This document shows positions 20,828 through 29,983 of a DNA stretch of 64,000 nt, in pieces. A model generated the notes under the pieces. It was not told the DNA's origin and ran no database searches. It was given only the letters and a program-made list of their open reading frames with translations. Both the position numbers and the translations under genes were made by a program. The stretch comes from Minisyncoccota bacterium (lineage in GTDB: Bacteria; Patescibacteriota; Minisyncoccia; UBA6257; XYB1-36-10), in contig JBAZJH010000001.1 of assembly GCA_041651415.1 (NCBI GenBank), forward strand, positions 11,374 through 75,373, read 5' to 3'. Numbering within the stretch: position 1 is the stretch's first letter; the number at the start of each line of letters is the position of its first letter.

Positions 20828-20856
20828 TTGACATTTTTGTAGAATGGGATTATAAT
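20828..20856 (+). promoter_or_regulatory. Consensus sigma70 promoter (TTGACA-N17-TATAAT) in the gene-free region
   Basis: ttgacatttttgtagaatgggattataat, immediately after a hairpin terminator (ccgcttatttaagcgg tttttt, 20801-20822). Confidence 0.55.
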
Positions 20857-21361
20857 TTACGGCGTAGAACATTGAAAGAAGTAAAAACGAATACCCTCTG
20901 GCTTTCAGCTAGAGGCAAAAAGTGAAAGGAGGATGGTTATGATTCGATGTGGTCCCCGGCGGAAGGAGACTTCCGCAAAGAAGAAAATTTGAATCTCGAT
21001 CGTCGCCGCCTAAGTGAGGTGCGAAGCCTCACTGGCAAAGAAAGGAGGGATTGTCATGAACAGGAAAATGACAAAATTTATCCCGCTTGAGGGATTCGGC
21101 TAGTTGCTGAGTCCTTCAAAAAATCATTTCGCCAGACTATTCTGGCGGTTATCCTGCTTCATCCGAAGCGCGCGCCTAGTTCGCCGAGATCTTTGGGTCT
21201 TGGGCTAGGTAGAATATGCGGCGGGCGACATCGGGTTGCCTGCCGACCGATCTTTTTTGAAGTTTTTTATCTCTTACCCCTTCCTCAAAAATCGTGGGAG
21301 ATATCTTCTTCTCCCAAACCGTCGGGGAGGAAAAGAGTTTACTCTTTTCCTCCCCAAATCG

Positions 21362-21394
21362 AAATCCCAACTAAAAAATGGGATTTTTTTATTT
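21362..21394 (+). terminator. Rho-independent terminator
   Basis: aaatcccaactaaaaaatgggattttttt, preceded by a 14-bp GC hairpin ggggaggaaaagag..ctcttttcctcccc (21324-21355). Confidence 0.6.
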
Positions 21395-21423
21395 TGATAA
21401 AAATATGAGAAAGAAAATGTTTT

Positions 21424-21457
21424 TGTCGATTATTGTCTGATCGGACAATAATCGACA
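21424..21457. promoter_or_regulatory. 34-bp palindrome P, copy 1 (candidate operator)
   Basis: tgtcgattattgtctgatcggacaataatcgaca. A second copy at 48913-48946 has C at the one central difference. Confidence 0.5.
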
Positions 21458-21670
21458 AAAAGGAAAATGGGAAAAAAGAAAAAAATTATAATAAAGTTAA
21501 TTATTAGATTTAATAAATCCCGCCATAGGCGGGGTGAAACTTTAAAATTATATGGCTATAAGGCCGTGGAGTTTCATTTTAAACAGAATTTAGAGAAATA
21601 TAAAAAAATGTGGCTCTTCGACAAGTTCAGAGACTAATTTTTTAAAATAAGACAAAGTGGAAAAATGGAG

Positions 21671-21699
21671 TTGACAGTTAAAAAGGAGAGGAGTATAAA
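21671..21699 (+). promoter_or_regulatory. Second sigma70-like promoter (TTGACA-N17-TATAAA) in the gene-free region
   Basis: ttgacagttaaaaaggagaggagtataaa. A hairpin plus U-tract terminator lies at ~22125-22170 (cccccgagcgcttttagcgtttgggggttttt). Confidence 0.4.
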
Positions 21700-22231
21700 G
21701 AAAAAACAGCACCTTGAATATCTTAATCTGACGCTGGTTTTTCTTTTTCTCTTCTAATCGCGATAGAAGCTGAAAAAGGAGAGCCGATTCTAAAAAAGGG
21801 AGGACACTGCGTATGATTGTTTGTATTCGTAGTATTCGTAGTTCGGTGTTTTCGTCGACGCGGTAAACCGACCATAATTGACCTTCTTTCTTTCGGTCTG
21901 CGAGATAGCTCGCAGAAGGAGAAAAATTATAATTATGCGGACAAGAAGCGGATGGCCTTAGCTTTTATAGTTGAAATAAAAAGAGGCCGTGGCTACAGGC
22001 CAGAGTAAAAAAACGAAGCCGAAGTGTCAGATGGAAAAGGAAAATTCCGTACGAGGAAGAAAAAGATAAAAAGAGGCAATGCAAAGCCTAAAAATTCAAA
22101 TAACTTTTTCTTCCCGAAAATAAAAACCATCACCCCCGAGCGCTTTTAGCGTTTGGGGGTTTTTAATTTTGAAATTTAAGGATTTTATTCTATATTGAAA
22201 AGAAGAGGATATAAATAATTAGTGAGTAAGA

Positions 22232-22334
22232 GAATTTCCGGTAAATCTTCGAAAAAAGGGCTAATCGCCAAAATTTTCTCAGAATTACCGGAAATTCTTC
22301 TAACTTTTTAAAAGTGAGGGAGAGTGATAAGATT
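22232..22334 (+). repeat. Repeat family A, copy 6, ending 9 nt before the leuS start codon
   Basis: gaatttccggtaa..aaaaaagggctaatcgccaaaattttctcagaa..ttaccggaaattc, then ttctaactttttaaa, then agtgagggagagtgataagattg. Confidence 0.6.
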
Positions 22335-22342
22335 GTAAAAAA

Positions 22343-25192
22343 ATGGAAAAATACGAGCATAAAAGAATAGAAGAAAAATGGCAGAAATATTGGGAGGAAC
22401 ATCCGGAGCTGTCGCGGGCGGAGGATTTTTCCGATAAGTCCGCCTCATCTAATGGGCGAGATAAACCGAAACAATATAACTTAGTGGAATTTCCATATCC
22501 AAGTGGAGCAGGGCTGCATGTGGGGCATGTCAGGAGTTATACGGCGCTTGATGTTATGAGCCGAAAAATGAGAATGGAAGGGAAAAATGTTTTATATCCG
22601 ATCGGCTGGGACGCCTTCGGACTGCCGACAGAAAATTATGCCATAAAAAATAAAATACATCCGAGAAAAGCGACGGAGCAGAATATCGCTGTTTTTAGAA
22701 GACAACTGAAGGCGCTCGGTATTTCTTTTGATTGGGGGAGAGAAATAGACACAACAGACCCGAATTATTATAAATGGACGCAGTGGATATTTTTAAAGCT
22801 GTTTGAAAAAGGGCTGGCGTATAAAAAGAAGATGGCGATAAATTGGTGTCCGTCTTGCAAGATTGGGCTCGCAAACGAAGAAGTGATAGACGGGAAGTGC
22901 GAGCGGTGCGGAACCTCGACAGAGAAAAAAGAAAAAGAGCAGTGGATGCTCGCGATAACAAAATATGCGGACAGATTGATAAGCGATTTAGAGATAGTGG
23001 ATTATTCGGAGAAAATTAAGACGCAACAAATAAATTGGATCGGGAGGAGCGAGGGAGCTTTAATAAAATTTAAGATTGTGGAAGGTGATTCAACGACCGA
23101 CTCAGAAAATAAAATAAAGGTGTTTACGACGAGGCCGGATACTTTGTTCGGATGCACTTATCTTGTTTTGTCGCCGGAACACGAATCAGTATTTGAGTTG
23201 AAGGAAAAAATTGAAAATTGGGAAGAGGTGGAAAAATATATTGAGGCGGCAAAAAATAAATCCGATTTAGAAAGGGGGGATTTGAATAAAGAAAAAACAG
23301 GAGTGGAATTAAAGGGAATAAAAGCGATAAATCCGGCAAATGAGAAAGAAGTGCCGATATTTGTGGCGGATTATGTTTTATCCGGATATGGAACGGGAGC
23401 GATTATGGCGGTGCCGGCGCATGACGAGAGAGATTATGAATTTGCGAAGAAATACAAGTTGCCGATTTGCCAGGTTATAAAGAAACTAAACACTGATATT
23501 AGAAGCTTTTTAATGGGAGCAGATGATATTAAAAATGAGGAATTAGAATCGCTAGGCATTACTTTTGAAGTTGATAAGGACAGTGATCGCAAGCTTATTA
23601 TTCCGGAGCCAAGCATAAAAGAATACGAAAAGTTGATAGGAGAAAAGATGGAAAATAATTTTTGGAATGAATATGTTGGCAGTGAAGCGGTATTTATTTT
23701 TAAACATGAAGATGGAAAAATTGAGCGAATTGTTCTTAATAATGAAACAGAAAATCGTATACATGAATTAACAGAGCGATTTGCCAAGACTAAGTTTGTT
23801 GATCCTTGGACTATGCTTATTGATAATGCTTGGTATAGAGAAGTTATGGTTCATTCGGATTACGGAATTTTAATGAATTCGGGAGAGTTTGATGGAATGA
23901 ATAGCGAGGAGGCGAAGTGGAAAATAACAGAAAAAGCGGGAGGAGAAAGAACGACGCAATATAAATTAAGAGATTGGGTTTTTTCAAGACAGCATTATTG
24001 GGGAGAGCCGATTCCGCTTGTGTTCTGCGAACACTGCGCGGAACAAGTTAAAAGTGAAAAGTTAAAAGTTGAAAGTAAGGGAGAGATAATGAATCCGGGG
24101 TGGATGGCGGTCGAGGAAAAAGAGTTGCCGGTGGAACTGCCGGAAGTGGAAAGCTATGAGCCGACAGACACAGGGGAATCTCCGCTTGCTTTAATGGAAG
24201 ATTGGGTGAAAACAACCTGTCCGAAATGCGGGGGAGAGGCAAAAAGAGAAACAGACACGATGCCGAATTGGGCGGGGTCAAGCTGGTATTATCTTGCGTA
24301 TGCGACGCGAGGAATTTCTAATGACGAATTTTTGATTCCTAAAAATAAGGAAGTTTTAAAATATTGGATGCCGGTTGATTTGTATAACGGAGGAATGGAA
24401 CATACGACGCTTCATCTTTTGTATTCCAGATTTTGGAATAAGTTTTTGTTTGATATCGGAGTCGTTCCTTTTTCCGAACCGTATAAAAAAAGGCGTTCGC
24501 ACGGAATAGTTTTAGCGGAAGACGGAAGGAAAATGAGCAAGTCGTTTGGCAATGTGATAAATCCGGACGAAATTGCGGAAAGGTTCGGGGCGGATTCTTT
24601 GCGTCTTTATGAAATGTTTATGGGCCCGTTTTCGGAAATGATTCCATGGAATACGGACGGACTGGTGGGGGTGAAAAAGTTTTTAGAAAGAGTTTTTGCG
24701 CTTTTAGAAAAGGTGGAGGAGGGAGTATTTAAGAATTTAGAAAAAATAACTCACCAAACAGTTAAAAAAGTAAGCGAAGATATAGAAATGATGAAATTCA
24801 ATACGGCGGTGGCGCAGATGATGATTTGGGCGAATGAGGCGACAAAAGCAAAGGAGATAGGAAAGGATAATTTGGAAATGTTTTTGAAGGTTTTGGCGCC
24901 GTTTGCGCCGCATATAGCGGAAGAAATTTGGGAGCGATTGGGAAATAAAGAAAGCATATTTAAAGAAAAATGGCCGGCGTATGACGAAGAAAAGACGAAG
25001 GATGAAAAAATAACTTTAGTGATTCAAGTGAACGGAAAAGTGAGAGATAAAATGGAAGCGGTGGCGGAGATAAATAAGGAAGAAGCAAAAGAAGCGGCTT
25101 TAGCTTCGGAAAAGATAAAAAAGATATTAGAAGGAAAGGAAATAAAGAAAATTATCTTTATAGAAGGAAAACTGATTAATATCGTTGTATAA
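22343..25192 (+). CDS. leuS: Leucyl-tRNA synthetase
   Basis: HIGH region PYPSGAGLHVGHVRSY, KMSKS (GRKMSKSFGNVINP), CP1 editing-domain motifs, zinc motifs CPSCKIG..CERCG. 949 aa. Confidence 0.9.
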   Translation: MEKYEHKRIEEKWQKYWEEHPELSRAEDFSDKSASSNGRDKPKQYNLVEFPYPSGAGLHVGHVRSYTALDVMSRKMRMEGKNVLYPIGWDAFGLPTENYAIKNKIHPRKATEQNIAVFRRQLKALGISFDWGREIDTTDPNYYKWTQWIFLKLFEKGLAYKKKMAINWCPSCKIGLANEEVIDGKCERCGTSTEKKEKEQWMLAITKYADRLISDLEIVDYSEKIKTQQINWIGRSEGALIKFKIVEGDSTTDSENKIKVFTTRPDTLFGCTYLVLSPEHESVFELKEKIENWEEVEKYIEAAKNKSDLERGDLNKEKTGVELKGIKAINPANEKEVPIFVADYVLSGYGTGAIMAVPAHDERDYEFAKKYKLPICQVIKKLNTDIRSFLMGADDIKNEELESLGITFEVDKDSDRKLIIPEPSIKEYEKLIGEKMENNFWNEYVGSEAVFIFKHEDGKIERIVLNNETENRIHELTERFAKTKFVDPWTMLIDNAWYREVMVHSDYGILMNSGEFDGMNSEEAKWKITEKAGGERTTQYKLRDWVFSRQHYWGEPIPLVFCEHCAEQVKSEKLKVESKGEIMNPGWMAVEEKELPVELPEVESYEPTDTGESPLALMEDWVKTTCPKCGGEAKRETDTMPNWAGSSWYYLAYATRGISNDEFLIPKNKEVLKYWMPVDLYNGGMEHTTLHLLYSRFWNKFLFDIGVVPFSEPYKKRRSHGIVLAEDGRKMSKSFGNVINPDEIAERFGADSLRLYEMFMGPFSEMIPWNTDGLVGVKKFLERVFALLEKVEEGVFKNLEKITHQTVKKVSEDIEMMKFNTAVAQMMIWANEATKAKEIGKDNLEMFLKVLAPFAPHIAEEIWERLGNKESIFKEKWPAYDEEKTKDEKITLVIQVNGKVRDKMEAVAEINKEEAKEAALASEKIKKILEGKEIKKIIFIEGKLINIVV

Positions 25193-25205
25193 TTAAAATA
25201 ATATT

Positions 25206-26141
25206 ATGGAAAGTTTAAGAGCGGTGAAGATAGCTCTTGCGATACTTGCGATTGTAACGATCGGGGCTTTTATTTATGGCTTCAGAAGCCAGATTGCCGG
25301 ATATTTAAAGATGGAAACATTCGGCAATTTATTTTTCTTTTCTTTGGAAGATTTGAAGGTGAATAATTCAGTTCAGCCGAGCGAAGAACCGGTTTCTGCC
25401 AGTCCGACGGAAACAACAGAAGAAAATAAGACGGAGAAAAAAGTTTATACAAATTTGCCGGAAGGATTTACCAGCGAGGATGTTTCAGAATATTATGAGA
25501 GAGCAAGCATTTCAGCTTCGCCTATTTCAGAAACCAGCGACCCGCTTAAAAATCCGAGCACGATAAGGGTGAGTGTGAATCCGCAAAACGGGGAAAAGAT
25601 AAATGTGACAGGATGGAAAATACAAGGAAATAAAGGCGCTCTTTTCATACCGAGGGGAACGGATTATTTTGTGCCGACTTCCGGGGGAACGGAAAGCGAT
25701 ATTATTATTTCCAAAGCTACCACTATAAGCATTTATTCTTCGCTTAGCCCGATTAAAGTAAATTTCAGAACGAACAGATGTATTGGATATGTAAGCGATA
25801 TGTATAGTTTTAAGCCAAGTTTAGGGGGAAGCTGTTATTCAATTCCAAGCAAAGATTTCAATTATCTTTCAGGCGTGTGTCAGGATTTTGTTAATTTGGC
25901 TAATGGAAGATGCAGAAATCCATATAGCGACAAACCGGAGGCAAATTATTTAAGCGATGATTGCAAGGCAGTTTTAAACAGAATGAATTATACTTCTTGC
26001 TATAACGAACATCGGGAAGACAGTGATTTTCTTTTGAGCGAATTTAAAATATGGACAGGAATGAATATTTTGGATTCAAGACACGACCGATTGCTTCTTT
26101 ACGATAAAAACAATAAATTAGTGGACGAATATTTGTATTAA
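25206..26141 (+). CDS. Hypothetical exported protein with a Cys-rich C-terminal domain
   Basis: N-terminal TM/signal (AVKIALAILAIVTIGAFIYG). Eight Cys in the C-terminal 120 aa. Confidence 0.4.
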   Translation: MESLRAVKIALAILAIVTIGAFIYGFRSQIAGYLKMETFGNLFFFSLEDLKVNNSVQPSEEPVSASPTETTEENKTEKKVYTNLPEGFTSEDVSEYYERASISASPISETSDPLKNPSTIRVSVNPQNGEKINVTGWKIQGNKGALFIPRGTDYFVPTSGGTESDIIISKATTISIYSSLSPIKVNFRTNRCIGYVSDMYSFKPSLGGSCYSIPSKDFNYLSGVCQDFVNLANGRCRNPYSDKPEANYLSDDCKAVLNRMNYTSCYNEHREDSDFLLSEFKIWTGMNILDSRHDRLLLYDKNNKLVDEYLY

Positions 26142-26177
26142 AAAACCTCCGCCAGAAAGCGGAGGTTTTTTAAGCGA

Positions 26178-27251
26178 TCACATTTTCCTTTCTTGGAGGA
26201 TAAGAGGAACTTCAAATTCTTTTCTTTCTCTTAAAACTTTAAGAAAGATTTTTTCGCCGACAGCGGAACTTTCCAGAAAATCCTGGATATTTTTATTTTT
26301 GGTGATTTTTTCTCCATTGTATTCGAGAATAATATCTTTTTCGCGGAGGCGGGCTTTTTCGGCGGGGCTGCCAGGAATTATGCCCGGGGTGCGCGCATCT
26401 TCTTCAATAATTAAAGAACCGTAATCGACGGGAAGGCATAGCTTGTCTTTTACTTTTTCATCGATAGACATATAGCGGATACCAAGGAGCGGGCGCCTGA
26501 TTTCGCCGAATTTTTTGAGGTCGGCGAGGTCTCTTTTGATAGTGTTAATAGGAATGGCAAAGCCGATATTTTCAGCGCCGGAAACGACAGCAGTATTAAT
26601 GCCGACAGCGTTGCCTTCCAAATCAATAAGCGGTCCGCCGGAGTTTCCCGGATTAATGGCGGCGTCGGTTTGAATAAGTCCGCGCATTTCCTGAAGAGGG
26701 GATTCGGGATTGATTTGAGCTTTTATAGAACGAGAAAGTCCGGAGATAATGCCGGAAGAAACAGTATTGCGAAAAAGTCCAAGAGAATTGCCGATAGCGA
26801 GAATCGGTTCACCAAGTTCGATTTTGGAGGAGTCGCCGAGTTTAAGCGAGGGAAGACGACGAATAATACCTTTAGTTTCCGGAGTGATTTTGAGACGGAG
26901 AACAGCGACATCGCTTGAAGGGTCGCAGGCGATGACTTCGGAACCGAATTTTTGGTCTCCGCTTGTGATAATCGTGTATTCGGATTTCGGGTCAGAAATG
27001 ACATGGCGATTAGTAATAACGATTCCGCCTTCATTAACGACAAAGCCGGAACCGCCGCCCACTTCTACCATACCGTGGGAATCAGCTAAGCTTCTTAAAA
27101 TTTCTCTTTGTTTTTTTATTTTAGAAGAGAGAAAGGGAAAATATTCTTGCGGGATTTCTTTTTCTATTTCCGAAAGGTGCTTGGAGGCAATAATGGAAAC
27201 AACCGCCGGCATAGTTTTTTTAATTATTTCCGGAATTGATTTTGAGGGCAT
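26178..27251 (-). CDS. htrA: HtrA/DegP-family serine protease with PDZ domain
   Basis: GSGFVVNEGGIVITNRHVI (His), DVAVLRL (Asp), GNSGGPLIDLEGNAVGINTA (Ser). The C-terminal PDZ-like region ends ...YNGEKI. Confidence 0.8.
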   Translation of the reverse strand: MPSKSIPEIIKKTMPAVVSIIASKHLSEIEKEIPQEYFPFLSSKIKKQREILRSLADSHGMVEVGGGSGFVVNEGGIVITNRHVISDPKSEYTIITSGDQKFGSEVIACDPSSDVAVLRLKITPETKGIIRRLPSLKLGDSSKIELGEPILAIGNSLGLFRNTVSSGIISGLSRSIKAQINPESPLQEMRGLIQTDAAINPGNSGGPLIDLEGNAVGINTAVVSGAENIGFAIPINTIKRDLADLKKFGEIRRPLLGIRYMSIDEKVKDKLCLPVDYGSLIIEEDARTPGIIPGSPAEKARLREKDIILEYNGEKITKNKNIQDFLESSAVGEKIFLKVLRERKEFEVPLILQERKM

Positions 27252-27254
27252 AAT

Positions 27255-27911
27255 TTATTTAATTGTGTCTATTTTGGTAATGGTTTTTGTTTTTAAATTT
27301 TCTTCCAGCCTTTTCACGCTTTCGGCAAAAATTTTCTTTTCTTTAAAGAGAAAAAGAAGAACACAGGAGCCGATGATGCCTAAAATGGAAATAAGAAGAA
27401 AGAGAACATTAAAACCGTAGACCTTAGCAATAAAAGCGCCAAAGGCGGCGCTGCCAGCTGTGGCGATACCGACTGAAACATCTTCAACAGACCATTCGTA
27501 GCCGATAAGGCGGCGGTCAATGTGGTTGGTAAAAAGAATTCGCCAAGCGGGAATAGCCATAGAATGAGCAAAACCGCTTAGAATTTGAAGAGCATAGACA
27601 TGCCAAGGGAGAGTGGCAAAAATAAAAAGGGCGGGAATGACAGACATAAAAACAGAACCAACAAACATAAAGTAAAATTCATCTTCTTCGCCGCGCATTT
27701 TATCCATCATGCGGCTTAAAGGGACAACCGAGAGAATTCTTGAAAGCCAATAAAAGGTGGTGGCGAGTCCGATGACTTCCAAATCGCTACCTGAAATATT
27801 ATCGAGAATAAAAACGGCAAAAATCGGAGCAGAAAGACCAAGGGCAAAAAAAATGAAGAAGTCGGAAGTAATCAGAATCTTGATGATGAAATTTATTTTA
27901 TCCTTAAACAT
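27255..27911 (-). CDS. Six-TM MFS-like half-transporter membrane protein (start reassigned to the internal Met)
   Basis: The hydrophobic profile starts at MFKDKINFIIKILI. The 59 codons upstream in the ORF track are low-complexity and overlap promoter-like DNA. Confidence 0.4.
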   Translation of the reverse strand: MFKDKINFIIKILITSDFFIFFALGLSAPIFAVFILDNISGSDLEVIGLATTFYWLSRILSVVPLSRMMDKMRGEEDEFYFMFVGSVFMSVIPALFIFATLPWHVYALQILSGFAHSMAIPAWRILFTNHIDRRLIGYEWSVEDVSVGIATAGSAAFGAFIAKVYGFNVLFLLISILGIIGSCVLLFLFKEKKIFAESVKRLEENLKTKTITKIDTIK

Positions 27912-28042
27912 TTCAAAAATTACCTTAAAGTAATAATAACATTTTATTTTCTCTCGGGCTAATTTTTTAAGATCAATTTTCTTATGTATAAAGATATTAT
28001 AGCAATTTAGGATGGGTTTGAGAAAAAAAGTTAAATAATAAA

Positions 28043-28104
28043 GCTCTGATGTAGAGTCGGAGCAATGATTTTTCGACATGCTTCGCATGGGAAAAATCTA
28101 TTGC
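28043..28104 (+). repeat. Repeat family C, copy 1 (hairpin ctc[c/t]ga[c/t]-N5-gtcggag followed by caatgatttttcgayatgctt[c/t]gcatgggaaaaatctattgc)
   Basis: Second copy at 29000-29061, 59/62 nt identical. Confidence 0.6.
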
Positions 28105-28121
28105 GGAGGCGGGAGGATTCG
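28092..28121 (-). other. Duplicated tRNA-Ser 3'-end fragment with flank (30-bp direct repeat of 28215-28244)
   Basis: aaaaatctattgcggaggcgggaggattcg occurs twice. The upstream copy holds only the last 17 nt of the tRNA, then diverges (gtcacgg...). Confidence 0.6.
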
Positions 28122-28226
28122 GTCACGGATATTTTTCTGCTGAAAAATTCCGCGACCCCGTCTCGGCGCCGTCGCGCCTGCGACTTTCTCATCTTCCTGC
28201 CTCAAAATTAATGAAAAAATCTATTG

Positions 28227-28313
28227 CGGAGGCGGGAGGATTCGAACCTCCGAAACCCTTGCGGATTTACTGCATTTCGAGTGCAGCCCATTCGACCACT
28301 CTGGCACGCCTCC
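28227..28313 (-). tRNA. tRNA-Ser (anticodon CGA), type II
   Basis: Reverse complement reads ggaggcg..anticodon arm ctgca-ctCGAaa-tgcag..long variable arm..T-arm ggaggttcgaatcctcc..cgcctcc g. No encoded CCA. Confidence 0.8.
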
Positions 28314-28374
28314 TTTAATTAATAATCTATAATAGAAAAAAATAATAAACAAGCAAAAAGGCCGATAAATCGGC

Positions 28375-28827
28375 CTAAGGCAAGAGAACGTTTTTTATAA
28401 TTTCTACCGCTTCTTTGATGTCCTCAGCTATAAAACCTGAAAGTTCATTAATGAAAGGGTGCTCATAAATTCCATCTTTTTTCATTAAAGTAATAATAGG
28501 TTTTCTAAAAGCATCGGCCCAGCCATATTCTACCATTGTTCCGATTGATACTTCTTTTGATAGAAGAAGATTGGCTAAAAAAAGATCGCATCTTGAAACG
28601 TCAAAACGATCTCTTGTAACGATGCCTTTTTTAGAACATAAAGGGTTTTCTTCTTTCTATACGAAAATTCTTTCTTCATTTTTCAGATGGTCTTTTCCTC
28701 TCATCGGAGAAAGTATTTCTATGTTAGGAGGAAGCATTTCCTTTAAATTATTTCTCCAATCAACAGTCTCGTTGTATGACAACCCTGTGATTGGTCCGGC
28801 GCAATAGACAAAAAACGATTGGTTCAT
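28375..28827 (-). pseudogene. Nucleoside 2-deoxyribosyltransferase-like gene interrupted by a single in-frame TAG at codon 57
   Basis: Minus-strand translation: MNQSFFVYCAGPITGLSYNE...EERIFV, then TAG, then KEENPLCS...DLFLANLLLSKEVSIGTMVEYGWADAFRKPIITLMKK...LLP, then TAG. The YCAGPI and D..GT..E.G.A family motifs are present. It was missed by the ORF track because of the stop. A hairpin terminator sits at 28359-28378. Confidence 0.5.
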
Positions 28828-28914
28828 ATCAATTCCCTTTCTTTTCTTTTTCTTTATATGTAAAGCTTGCTGGCTTTTTTATAGCTTATATTTAAAATAA
28901 ATGCAAAGTAATAG

Positions 28915-28986
28915 TACCCCTGGAAGGAATTGAACCCTCATCTACCCCTTAGGACGGGGCTGTTCTATCCATTGAACTACAGGGGC
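28915..28986 (-). tRNA. tRNA-Arg (anticodon CCT, tentative)
   Basis: Reverse complement gcccctgtagttcaatggatagaac a gcccc-gtCCTaa-ggggt ..gagggttcaattccttc caggggt a. Position 32 is G, which is unusual, so the anticodon call is tentative. Confidence 0.6.
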
Positions 28987-29109
28987 AAGTAAAATTGCAG
29001 CTCCGACGTATAGTCGGAGCAATGATTTTTCGATATGCTTTGCATGGGAAAAATCTATTGCTGTTTTAAGCAGTTTATTATATTATGGATTAAGTTTCAA
29101 TAATAAATT

Positions 29110-29183
29110 GGGCCTGTAGCTCAGCTGGCTAGAGCGCTTGTATGGCATACAAGAGGTCAGGGGTTCAACTCCCCTCAGGTCCA
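29110..29183 (+). tRNA. tRNA-Ala (anticodon GGC)
   Basis: gggcctgtagctcagctggctagagc g cttgt-atGGCat-acaag ..aggggttcaactcccct caggtcc a. The G3:U70 Ala identity pair is present. Confidence 0.8.
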
Positions 29184-29209
29184 CTTATGAAAATCAATAA
29201 AATTTATTT

Positions 29210-29521
29210 ATGAAAAAACCAGAATATATTTTAAAAAGTTTTTTGAACGCTTTTGGAGTGCTTGTTTATGTTTCTCTTGTGTCTTGGACGCTTTTTAACG
29301 GAGAAAGCTTTTTTGGAAATGAAAAAAGTTTTCTCATCCCTATTTTTATGCTGCTTCTTTTTGTGGTATCGGCATCTATCACGGGATTACTGGTTTTAGG
29401 CAAACCGATTCATCTTTATTTGAGCGGACTTAAAAAAGAAGCATTTTGTTTTCTTTTTGCCACTTTGGCGTGGCTTGTTCTTTTCGTTATTATTCTTGTA
29501 ACTCTATTAGTAATATTATGA
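29210..29521 (+). CDS. Small three-TM membrane protein, hypothetical
   Basis: 103 aa, hydrophobic. Its stop overlaps the downstream start (ATGA). Confidence 0.4.
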   Translation: MKKPEYILKSFLNAFGVLVYVSLVSWTLFNGESFFGNEKSFLIPIFMLLLFVVSASITGLLVLGKPIHLYLSGLKKEAFCFLFATLAWLVLFVIILVTLLVIL

Positions 29522-29883
29522 TTTCTTTTGAAGAATTTAAAAAAGTAGAATTAAAAATCGGGAAGATTTTGACGGCGGAAAAAGTGGAGGGTTCGGAAAA
29601 ACTTTTGAAACTTTCCGTTGATTTTGGTCTCGCCTTCACTGAGACTTCGGCGAGGCAAGGAGGAGATATCCGGCAAGTAGTTTCGGGCATTGCCAAAAGT
29701 TATGAACCGGAAAAACTTGTCGGCAAGGAGTTTCTTTTTACGACTAATTTGGAGCCGAGAAACATTATGGGACTTGAAAGCCAGGCAATGATTCTTGCGA
29801 CAATAAAGAAAGGAAGAAATAAAGAAGAAGTTGTTTTGATGAAGCCGGTCAAGAAAGTGAAACCGGGAAGTTCTCTTTCTTAA
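29518..29883 (+). CDS. Stand-alone tRNA-binding (Myf/CsaA/EMAP-like) domain protein, equivalent to the MetRS C-terminal domain
   Basis: MISFEEFKKVELKIGKILTAEKVEGSEKLLKLSVDFG...RQVVSGIAKSYEPEKLVGKEFLFTTNLEPRNIMGLESQAMILA. The start is reassigned to the Met overlapping the upstream stop. Confidence 0.7.
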   Translation: MISFEEFKKVELKIGKILTAEKVEGSEKLLKLSVDFGLAFTETSARQGGDIRQVVSGIAKSYEPEKLVGKEFLFTTNLEPRNIMGLESQAMILATIKKGRNKEEVVLMKPVKKVKPGSSLS

Positions 29884-29983
29884 ACCTATTCTCAAATTCC
29901 TGCCTACCGGCAGGCAGGCTTGAGAATTTGAGAATAGATTGGTTGAAGAAGGGGTTTTTTTGTGGTTTAATACCCTTGTTTTC

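Noticed and set aside
21193-21408. 71-aa and 64-aa ORFs in the gene-free region
   Set aside because: They overlap strong RNA hairpins and terminators and have no SD and no coding-like composition. They are more likely part of a non-coding transcript.
27912-28088. N-terminal 59-codon extension of the MFS-like ORF as listed in the track
   Set aside because: The hydrophobic transporter core begins at the internal MFKDKINF. The extension is low-complexity and overlaps AT-rich promoter-like sequence.
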